DNA from: Tubulanus polymorphus
Lineage: Eukaryota > Animalia > Nemertea
Assembly: GCF_964204645.1 (NCBI RefSeq)
Contig: NC_134035.1
Span: 4,092,001-4,156,000 of the forward strand
Reading direction: 5' to 3'
Length of the DNA: 64,000 nt
Each line of letters begins with the position of its first letter. The first letter of the stretch is position 1. A model generated the notes under the pieces. That model was not told the origin of the DNA. It saw only the letters and a list, made by a program, of their open reading frames with translations, and did not search any database. A program made the position numbers and the translations under genes. This document shows, one piece after another, positions 13,166 through 23,314 of this stretch.

Positions 13166-15911
13166 TGATTGATTTAATTGATTGATTTAATTTAATTTGA
13201 TTTAATTTGATTCCTATATAGTTACTGGTTGTGTTCCTTACAAATGGCACCGGTCACACCTGTCGGGAACGTTACAGGGGTTGGATCTTGAAATCGAAAA
13301 TCTAATTTTCTTACCTTTTTCTGGCGAATCTTCTGCGAGTTTCTTCTTTGGTCTCCCACAAAATATATCGTATTCATCGGTAATAAATTGTAAAACGTGA
13401 TTTATGTAAAAAGTCTGTTACACTGACGTTTGGGATAAATTCACCTAAATGAAGTGAATGTCTAAAAACAGATATCCGAAACATCAGTGAAAAGGTTTTC
13501 TTAATCTATTGTTCGTTAAAACTGTAGATATTTTCAGCGGCTTAGTCTGATTATAAATTTCGACGTATACAATCTATTAACACTATTTCCAGGCAACCAC
13601 GAAGACGGCGACGAACACGAAACGTTGACCGAGAAATGCGAATACGACCGTAAAGTGTCGTTCTCGTTGCCGGTGTCTCTGCCTCCGTCGTTCGTCGACG
13701 TGCCGGCCGCCTGGTGCAGCTCGACACCGACCGCTCAGATCGATTACTGCGTCTACGTTAAAGTTCAGTATTTCGGCTTCAGTTTCTCGGACAGTCGCGA
13801 GTACAAGTTCAACGTTCACCCGGTGTTAGATCTGAACACTCAACCGCTTTCGAAGGTATCAGTTAGAAAGTCATTTGACCCATTCGTATATGACCTACAA
13901 ATTCAATCGTTTTAATGTTTTGAATCAAGTCTGTATTTGTTCAGACTCTACGGTAGATTCCGCAAAAACGTGACTGATTTCGGAGCCAGTTCCTACAGTT
14001 GGGATTTAGATTGTAACATTGGACGTAGCAAGAAGCTCTATCGACAACTAGGTTCTACATCTAACAACTTAAGGCCAGTCTAAGCTCATTTTGGTTCTAT
14101 AACTAATTGAACAACTTAAGACCAGTCTAAGATTATTTTGCTTCTATAATCAATCTAACAAGTTAAGTTCAGTCTCTGATCATCTTAGTTCTACAGCAAA
14201 ACTAACAACTGAAGATCAAAAATTTAAGGTCGAAGATCATTTTGCTTCTATATCCAAATCAACAACTTAAGACCATTTTTGGAATGAAGTCACGACTGTG
14301 GAAATGGCTCCTGTGGTTTCTGTTGCTTGTATCGTCAATTTTTCTTTGTGAAGCTTTCCGTGAATTCGTTGTGGTTGTCGAATATATTATGAAGCATTGT
14401 TTCGTTGCAGCAAAGAGCAATCGATGAAAGGGAACTAGTGCTGTGCGGCGTGTCCGGCTTCATCGAAATCACGGCTATACTGGAGAAACGCGGATACGTA
14501 CCCGGCGAACAAATCAAATTCCAGTTCACACTCGAAAATAAATCCGATACGAAAATCAAAAACCTCACAGTCAGATTGAAACAGGTACGGTGATATTTTT
14601 TCTTATATAATGTTTGCGCGTGTGCGCACATCTTTTTCAAAAACTGAAATCTAAATTTTAGAAAAACTTTTGACTTGATGTTATTGTGATATGTGGTTTG
14701 TATGACCTTTAGTTAAGAATCAAGCGCTGGGCCCAGTTTCAGAAAAAAGTTTACTCAAATTTTTGGTGTAATTGCTATTGGTTTGTTCATGTTTTGATGA
14801 GGACAACAATTCAAACTTAACGGTTTTCGGCTAACATTTGTTTTCTGAACAGATGATAATAACCATTGTGATAAAAAATCACACTTTCGGGCCTATATTT
14901 TTGGTAGATTTTGGGATTATATTGGGTGTTTCCCAGCGTCGCGTTCGTTGGCCTTAGCGTGAAAGTTATGAAATTATCATTAACCTTCCTTCGTCGATGA
15001 GATTTACAACGAGATTTTTTTGTAAGGGTTAGGATTTGAGTTAAGGGTTAGAGGGTTCCATAGGTTTAGAGGATAAACTATGCAATATCATTAACCATAA
15101 TTCCTCGATGAGATTTAAAACGAAATATATATTTCGTGTGTATTGTGTAGTTGAGGAGGTATTACGCCGACACGTGGTTCGACGAGGAGAAAGCCTGTCT
15201 AGAGCAAGAGGACAGCATACAGAGCGTCGATCGCGGCGGTATAGCCGCCGGTACGACCGATAGTTGGGACGGTTCTATCGACATTCCACAGGACACGATG
15301 CCCAGCATATTCCAACAGAAATGCTGGAACGTATTCATCGATTACTACGTGCAGGTTTGTGCTCGGAGTTACTCGGAACATTACCCGCGAGGTTTGCTCC
15401 GATGATTTTCTATTTTTCGACGCTGTAAAAACCGTTGATGCCTAGTGCAACCTCGTTACAGCGAACTTCACCGGACCAGAAAAGTCTTAAGTCTGAAATT
15501 TTATTATTTATTATGTAATAACCGATAGTTGTTTATATCCAGTTTGAAATTAATTAGATTTTCTTACTTTGGACGAAATTCTATTATTTATTATATCCGA
15601 TGAATCTTTGTATCCGAGTTCGTTGTAACGAGGTTCCGCTGTATGCGATATTCAAGGGGTTCTCTGTGAGTCGATGTGCACTATGTCATCAATATTGGCG
15701 TTTCAAAATATCGAGCCATACATGTGTTATTTTTCAAGGCGTCAAAAAACTTTCAAGCTAATTTTCGATTACTTTGTTTTTGTCTATGCAGCTAGGAATC
15801 GAGCTCGGCGGTGTCGGTGGATGGATGGCCGGTAGACAGGAACTCGGTGTGTGGATCCTGGTCGGCACAAACCCGTTAAAAATGGACACGACCGCGTCCG
15901 AATGTTGGTGA
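12028..15911 (+). CDS. Arrestin domain-containing protein (alpha-arrestin, ARRDC family), 6 exons, about 330 aa
   Basis: Exons 12028-12145, 12866-12979, 13593-13855, 14411-14584, 15151-15354, 15792-15911, GT-AG with consistent phases (993 nt). Arrestin-N start MGKLSDIRFAF..YYPGDEVTA, VEFRGSAATRW, FSLPVSLPPSF..IDYCVYVKV, LDLN. Arrestin-C GYVPGEQI..LENKS, IDIP..MPS..IDYYVQ..ILVGTNPL. AATAAA at 16391 and 16411. Confidence 0.9.
13982..14315. mobile_element. Harbinger-like MITE carrying an internal 47-bp tandem array (ARRDC intron 3)
   Basis: Termini GGAGCCAGTTCC...GACTGTGGAAATGGCTCC. Unit AACTTAAGACCAGTCTAAGACCATCTTAGTTCTATAGCCAATCTAAC, period 47 (14066, 14113). Related copies at 36221-36600 (inverted), 43430-43950 and 51810-51955. 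Confidence 0.7.
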
Positions 15912-16734
15912 GTGATAACGATGTCCCGAAGAAATAAGTAGGCGATTCATATTAAGAATCTATTAGTCTATACAATTTTTGGTTGAAACGCTTCGAGATT
16001 TCGCTCGAAAAAATTCAACGAAACCGTTATGAAATCGATGCTTAGTTCTGAAGTTACGACCTACGTTTTAAAAAAGTATTTTCTTCATATTTTCCTTGTA
16101 GAAGATGGTAATAATATCGGGCGAGAAGTGTTCGATTGTGTTGTGATATGTGTGGAGCGACTTAAATGTATAATTGCTATAAGCGATATTGAGATTTGGT
16201 GCGCTTGTGTATTTTCGTTGCGAAATATCATCTTTTATTCTTTCGTCATTTTGCTTTGTAACGGTTCTTCACCTAACACGGTACTAACTTAATTTGTTTG
16301 TGAATAGATATATCAAGACTAATCGAGATACGGCCGGCGACACCGTTCGTTTCCAGATCAGCCGAATTGTTATACATGTTACTTATGGCCAATAAAAATA
16401 TTGATTTTCTAATAAAGAGTATCAGAATGGTTTTATTTTCGGATCGGTACGCTAGTACTCTTACTGGAATACCAAACAGCCTTCAAGTTTTTCTCTTTGA
16501 TTGAACTGGTCCGTCGGATAGAGCGGTTTATGATATTTTCTACGTACTATCCTAATGTACGCATTGTCTCGGCCGAATGATCCGTTCAGAATCGACAAGT
16601 ATTGCCGTTACGACAGCTATATCGCACCTACTATTATAACTATTAACCATTTTCAAATTTAACTCTGAAGATTGGTGGGAGGATTCCACCCGAAACGTAC
16701 GAAAAAAGAACCAAATACAGTTGTTTCGATGATC

Positions 16735-17062
16735 CATTTTACAGTTATTAGCCGCCATTTTGTTAGGGTACTTTTGTCCTGTATTGTTGGGTCGTTTTTT
16801 CTCTTTTTTAGAAACAGTTTGTGACTTATTACATTTCACCTGTCCCTGGATGGATTTTGCATATTATATATTATATAATTGAAAACTAGAGATTCACGCA
16901 GTTTAAATGTTGTTTATGTTGTCAAAATCCAGGCAGGGACAAATGAAATATGATAAAACACGAATCGCAAATACATTGTAATTTTGAAAAAGAGAATAAA
17001 TGACCCAACAATACAGGACAAAAGTATGCTTACAAAAATGGCGGCTAGCAACTGTAAAATGG
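16735..17062. mobile_element. Long-TIR foldback/MITE element upstream of peptide gene A
   Basis: Inverted arms of about 125 bp: CCATTTTACAGTTATTAGCCGCCATTTTG...GTCCTGTATTGTTGGGTC versus GACCCAACAATACAGGAC...CAAAAATGGCGGCTAGCAACTGTAAAATGG. Confidence 0.75.
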
Positions 17063-17337
17063 CTTATTGATATTGCGGGTTTACCTCAATCCATGAAAGT
17101 GCTACTGTTTCTAAGACGCGGCACTGCCCGTTCGCGATGCGTCCCGCTGGTATTATTATCAAATCACTTTAAGATATCATATTTGTAGTAGCGTTCATCG
17201 TGTCGCTCGTCGGTCTGAAGCAATCTAAAGATCGTGGCAGCCGCATTTCAGAGATTGACACTCGACGACGACTCGGTACCAGTTTATGATGTTTGATTAA
17301 CTAGAAAAAAACCACAAGTACCGGGTACAATAATAAC

Positions 17338-17346
17338 CTATATATG
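17338..17346 (+). promoter_or_regulatory. TATA-like box of peptide gene A
   Basis: CTATATATG about 100 bp upstream of ATG 17440. Confidence 0.4.
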
Positions 17347-17439
17347 TCGGAGCAGTTTGAGTTGCGTCGGCGATTCTAACGACCTGGATATATTTCTGCT
17401 TTCGCGAACAATCCTGGAATTTGGGTGAACTGTTCAGAA

Positions 17440-17936
17440 ATGGTTTCTCAGAGGAATAATCATGTCGGCTTTGCGGTCATCTTGATATTGTGCGCGATAA
17501 TTTCAACAAATGCTTCGGCCGAAGTTGACCTACGACGGCAGAACGGCCGCTTCTTCGTGAAAGGTAAAAAATTACGTGTGATTCAGTCTTCGCTTCGAGT
17601 ATTCGATCGGCCTTTGTTTCGAATGTAGAGATTTGATGAGAAGGACCGAAAAAGGATTTGAATTTTTCTAAAAAAAAAAAACTTTTTCTAGGAGCAAGTT
17701 CGGAAAAAATGAAGAGATTTAGTAACGCAATACGACCCGGCGAAAGATTAAGTGAGCAGCAAAATTTGTTTTCGTGATAATCATTCATAATCGAAAGTAA
17801 ATAACGAAATTAATATTTCAACGTTCGTCTTTTTATACGCTTTACAGGGCGCAGCGCCGGTGAAACAGTGATGACGTCATACGGCGGAAGTCGTTGCTGG
17901 TACGACGGTTTCAAATATATTTGCGTCGGAAAATAG
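17440..17936 (+). CDS. Secreted peptide precursor A (70 aa), novel CX8C-amide family
   Basis: Exons 17440-17563 and 17848-17936 (AAG|GTAAAA ... TTTACAG|, phase 1): MVSQRNNHVGFAVILILCAIISTNASAEVDLRRQNGRFFVKGRSAGETVMTSYGGSRCWYDGFKYICVGK*. Signal peptide, RR/GR sites and the family motif. Confidence 0.85.
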
Positions 17937-18701
17937 TCGAACATCGAACGATGAATTGTCGAATATTTTACCTGTACCGCGTGTCGTGTGTACACCGATC
18001 AATACGTATTAAAACGCGATTACTTTATCGTATCGTGGGAAAAAATTTGAGATTTTCATTTATTTTTGAACACTCTCATCGAATTTGTGTCGAGTATCCA
18101 TAGTTCGGGATCGAAATAAATTTCGACTCATAAATAGCAGTGTCAATTCGATTTGATTCTGAATTTAGAAAATGCGACATCAAGGTGTATGTAATATCCA
18201 CCGTCCACTGACTAGGTATATACTAGTTCTATTGGTCTGCTGGGCCCAGTTCCACAGTTGTGAGTTAGAGTTAGTTCATTTTCAATGTTATTACTCTGAG
18301 CCAGATTTTAATTCACAACTGTAGAACTGGCTCCTGGTTAGCCCGCCTTCTTTGTATGTACGAGACCCAGGTTTGAACGCACCTAATTTCGTTGTCACTT
18401 AATCGTTACGACGTCAGTCGAAAGTGAACTAACTACAAATTATCACTCCGATTCCCTACGGAATAAACGCAAAGGGTAACGAGGCCGGCCGTGGTTTGTT
18501 ATCGACGGTTGGATTTCACGAAGACCGCTAATCGGTGTTAAATGTTATATTATACCCACTTCATCGACGGATAAAATCAGTATTTATTCCAATCAAAATC
18601 CAATAGATCGGCCATCTGGACCTTGCACACGCCGATCAGTCACAGGTGCGTGGTGCAGAGTTTCTCCAAACGGCGAAGTGTTCGAGCCCGTTATTGAGAC
18701 G

Positions 18702-19505
18702 ATGCACGCAGTACCGTTTGGATTAGTGTTGGTATTATTCGCGACTATCTTAGCCGATAATGCGACATCAGCGACTCCTCCTAGAGGTCGACGCCATTCG
18801 GGTTTAGGTAGGTTTGAAATAGCGTTTCTTCCCTTAATAGGTATTCGAACACGTTTTAACTTTGAATTACTTGTACTTGTTAGTTTTAACGTTGAAGTCA
18901 CCGGGTGTTCGTTTGGGAAACAATATTGGAAACAATGAAATCAAAATACCAAAATTATCAGATATTATTTTTTGGAATTTAGTAATTTAATGATTTGAAG
19001 AAAGTAAGTCAGTAAAATTCGACAAACTTTATCGCTAATTGCTAATTTTCTTCTTATAGATGAACTTATAGAAGCCGGGAGCGGGATTTCGGGTGAAGAT
19101 GGTACAGAAACTGTAGGTAAAGGCAATGGCAATAATAAACCTACTGAAATAGTGTGCAACGGTACGACCATCCAGTTGGAAGGCCTTGTAGAAATTGGCG
19201 AACGTCAACACATACACGAACACTATCAGTTACAGAGCAGCGGCAGAATTGAGATGGACGGTCGCGTAAATAGTCAAGGGGGAATACGTCATAGAATTGG
19301 AGGAAAGAGAAGGCGCGGTAGAAGAGGCAATGGCAATGGCAATGGCAATGGCAATGGCAATGGCAATGGCAATGGCAATGGCAATGGCAATGGCAATGGC
19401 AATGGCGACGGTGAGGTAATCATAATAGACTGTAGCGGAGAAGAAAGTTTGAACGGTGGCTCCAGATGTTGGTGGAATGGTTATCAATACATTTGCTTTG
19501 GCTGA
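18702..19505 (+). CDS. Secreted peptide precursor B (183 aa), novel CX8C-amide family, with (GN)13 tract
   Basis: Exons 18702-18807 and 19060-19505 (phase 1): MHAVPFGLVLVLFATILADNATSATPPRGRRHSGLDELIEAG...EIVCNG...GGKRRRGRR(GN)13GDGEVIIIDCSGEESLNGGSRCWWNGYQYICFG*. Confidence 0.9.
19326..19403 (+). repeat. Coding microsatellite (GGCAAT)13
   Basis: Perfect hexamer array encoding (Gly-Asn)13; absent from paralog C. Confidence 0.95.
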
Positions 19506-19917
19506 TGGACTTTAACGAAACATATTTGATTGTAATTAAGAATACACGCATTAACAAACGTTCGTTTGTTTTTGTTTTTGTTTTCTTTTTCGTGGAGGTA
19601 AACAACGTAGTTTTCTCTCCAGAACTTGTTGCAACGTCAGTCGAAAATGCGATATAAACTTTCACTCCAATTTCGCAACAGGTGTGTAAACGCGTAGGGC
19701 TGTGTTTGACCGCGGTTTGTTATCGATGGGTTAGATTTCACCAAGGCTAATCGGTGTTGAATACTGCACAATAAGCGCTTCATCGACAGATAAAATCGGT
19801 ATTCATTCAATTAAAATCCAATAAATCTACCATCTGGACCTAGCACACGCCGATCAGTTACAGGAGCTCGGCGCAGAGTCTCTCCAAACGGGGAAAGTGT
19901 TCGAGCCTTTCATTGAG

Positions 19918-20762
19918 ATGATGCACGCAGTAACGTTTGGATTAGTGTTGGTATTATTCGCGGCGATCTTAGCCGATAATGCGACATCAGCAAATCCTCC
20001 CGGAGGTCGACGCCATTCGGTTTTAGGTAGGTTCTAAATAGCCTTTCTTCCTTATCGAGTTTTTTGAACAACATTTAACTTTAATCGTGGAATTTCTAGC
20101 ATTTGAGGAGTTTTCGCGTTATCTACCTTTAAAGGTACCGGGCCCATTTTGGAAACTATGACACCAAAATATCAAACTTATTAGAGATGAGATAAATTTG
20201 GGAATTTAGAGAATGTTGTTCAGTAAGTCGTAAGTAAAGTTTGACAAACTAAAAGAGAGAAAACGCATTTCCTAAATAATTATTATGTATCACTTCGTAA
20301 ACGTGGACGAAGGAAAGGCCAATCATTACATCACGTCACAACTATCGAAGTTGTTATCGAGAATTTACTGACTTTCTTATAGATAAACTTGTAGAAGATG
20401 GGAGCGCGATTCCGTTCGAAGATGGTACAGAAACCGTAGGTAAAGGGAATGGCAATAATAAGCCTACTGAAATAGTGTGTAACGGTACCACGATCGGGCT
20501 GGAAGGCCTTGTCGAAATTGGCGAACGCGAAAACATTCACGAACACAACAATCAGCTACAGGGCAGCGGCAGAATAGAGTTGGACGGTCGCGTAGATAGT
20601 CACGGGGGAAGACGCGTCAAAGATGGACAAAATAGAAGGCGCGGTAGAAGAGCCAAAAGAGTTGGCGACGGTGAGGTTATAGTAATTGACTGTAACGGTG
20701 AAGATATGAACGGCGGCTCTAAATGTTGGTGGAATGGTTATGAATACATTTGCATCGGCTAA
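19918..20762 (+). CDS. Secreted peptide precursor C (162 aa), tandem duplicate of B
   Basis: Exons 19918-20026 and 20383-20762 (phase 1): MMHAVTFGLVLVLFAAILADNATSANPPGGRRHSVLDKLVEDG...EIVCNG...RRRGRRAKRVGDGEVIVIDCNGEDMNGGSKCWWNGYEYICIG*. Confidence 0.9.
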
Positions 20763-21083
20763 TTGACTTTAACGAAATATCTATTTGTAAACGGCAATTA
20801 TGAATGCATTATACATAGCATCATATACACGTTCGTTCGTTTTGTTTTTGTTTTGCCTATTCAACGCAGTCCGTTCAGGGCTCTGTCCGTGCGACACGCT
20901 TCTATTCTGCTATCCTTCTTTTCGGTGATATTTCAAGTTGCGAGATATCGAGCTCGTTTGTTCGTTTGTATCTGCGTCACTTGCTGACTTATACTACTGT
21001 TTCGCGGATAGTTCAGTTATTTTTTTATCAAACTACTTCTTTTGATGTCTGATTTACTCGCATAGTTGGTGACACTACTACAA

Positions 21084-21467
21084 TAAAGAGGATTCCAGTT
21101 TCTAGGCGCCATTTTGTGGCGGTCCCTCGAGGTCCCCATTGTTGCGATGATTTGCGCTCATCTTTAAAACATAAGTTTTGATTGAATATCATGTAGCTCT
21201 GCAGTCCCTTGCTCGATTAACTTCATTAATACACCATTTTAAAGGAATTGAAATGCAGGTATTTGCCGGTGATTCTTGGGATTTTCTGAACGCAACAATT
21301 AAGAGCAGTGACGATGTGAAATCACGGACCGCATATTTCAACCGCGCGTCAAAAAAACTGCGTTGAGTTTTATAGATTTTGAAATATCTAAGTGGTTATT
21401 AAAGCTATATTTCCCATGTCTCGAGACACCGCCACAAAATAGCGCCTAGAAACTGGAAACTTCTTTA
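21084..21467. mobile_element. Non-autonomous DNA transposon with about 45-bp TIRs
   Basis: TTCCAGTTTCTAGGCGCCATTTTGTGGCGGT..CTCGAG / CTCGAGACACCGCCACAAAATAGCGCCTAGAAACTGGAA. A truncated second copy lies at about 35168-35380. Confidence 0.8.
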
Positions 21468-22118
21468 ATAGAGATACCAGGTAGTCAGGTCTGGTATCAA
21501 CGTATCTGTAGTACCTCCCTGAACAGATCCACCCATATTTTCAACCGTCCTCGCCGGACGACTGTTATGGCACTTGCCCGATGCATTAAAAGCTATCATA
21601 CGGAAACCTCCCACGTGAATATTCCATCGAGATACGGAAAACTAACCTATTCCGTCTCCGATGATAATTGTCATCGTAGTTTTAATTAAATAAGCTGTAG
21701 CGACGTGTGGGCATCATAGACGGATCAGTTGATATTTACACAGGTCGTAGGAGAATTAATGATAACTCTGAATCTGTGTTTGTTCTAGAAGAGTTCGTAA
21801 ACAAGCCCTTTGTAAATATCATTTTATCGAAGACTCCCCGGAAATCACTAAGCGGTGATTGGCTGCCAATTAGTCCGTTTGGAGTATTAGAGAATAGTTT
21901 AAAGGGTTGAATCGCTAGTTAATCCTAATTTATTACTCATGTATTCATTGCTAGTTTTCTCCATCTAATTCAAATATCTAGATTTGCTATTCCGCCAGGG
22001 CATGTTTGTTAAAAGCATAACCCCTTGGGGCCCCTTTTTGTGACTGGTAGACACCGATGTGACCTCGGTTGTTTTCGCAGTTGTCAAGCGAACCGACAAT
22101 TGTCGGTACATAAATTCA

Positions 22119-22162
22119 TTCCAATGTTTCGAGGTTTTAACTAAACCTCTTCATCAGAGAAC
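22119..22162 (-). ncRNA. Penelope-type minimal hammerhead ribozyme motif
   Basis: Minus strand TTCT-CTGATGA-A-GAGGTTT(AGTTA)AAACCTC-GAAA-CA-TT-GGAA: core boxes, 7-bp stem II and stem I pairing. Confidence 0.5.
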
Positions 22163-23314
22163 AAAACACCGAAAAAATGTTTGACCATTTTCTTTTCTAC
22201 ATTTCATAGCGTTGGCAAATATGTAACTCTTTTCGTATCTGTAGTTCTGATATCGTAAGTTACCTATAAGATACATTACTGTCACCTACGAATTTCTTCG
22301 TAGCATCTGTTGATTCCGAATTCTGGAATACCGTGTGACGCTTTTGAGTCATCAACGATCATTTTCTATCGATCAATTCCATCCAAATACCGGAACATCT
22401 TAAAAAGCTTAGGGCGACCGTCGAATCTCGTGATTTTGTGGTACATATTTTTCCCATTTAGATCATGAATGAATATAAACCGTAACGATTTATAATGTGC
22501 ACGCGCTGTGTACTAGAATCTACAAATAGATTTTAAAGTATTTCCACATGACTAAATTCCCGAGATAAGATAAAAACGAAACCGATGTCTTGAGTTGTCA
22601 ACCGCATACCAGTTTATGTGGTAATATTTGACGACGCTATAATCGGGAATTTCCACTATTGTAACTACTCGGTTGAATGCAAAGAAACATTGTGAAAAAT
22701 ATCAACGTCTTTGCAATGTATATGAGGGAAATACTAGCATTTAGTGCGCTCAATAGGATAGGGAATTTCTAGAATTGGCTGTCCAACCGCTTTAATTACT
22801 TAATAGAATGCTGAAAAATTATTATTTTTGTGATACTTTCAACTTTTTGGAATGTATTCATTCGTAATTCTAGCAGTTGGTGTCCGTAGAAATGTTCTTG
22901 TTTTGCGAACTGATCGTGCGAACACAGAAAAAGGCTTAACATAAAAACATCGCATTTCGGGTGGAAAAGGTATTGTTTAAATCGATTTTTCCAGACTATC
23001 TGTCGATTATTTCGATTCAACCATTCATTCATTCATTCATTCATTCATATCAAAAATTACAAAGTCCTCAACGGTAAATCGCGCAATGAAGCCATACCGG
23101 CTCGTTGATTGGTCAATAGTCTGGCAGGCGATCTTCTTGCCAAGTGCTGATCAAACAAAGTGCGCCGTCTTAAGGCGATAGTCTATTCGCGAGTTGGTTC
23201 ATAATACGGTCAACTTCGAGGAACGGAGCGGCGATAACGTTTTTTTCTTTGCCTCGTCGAACGGACAACATTTATAGAATCGCGTTGTTTCAAAACTCGG
23301 TTAGGAATCTCAAC

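Noticed and set aside
15900-15911. ARRDC terminal CW as another member of the CWWNG family
   Set aside because: No GGS[RK] before it and no second Cys; coincidence.
19230-19487. Minus ORF with poly-(IA)
   Set aside because: Antisense shadow of the (GN)13 tract of precursor B.
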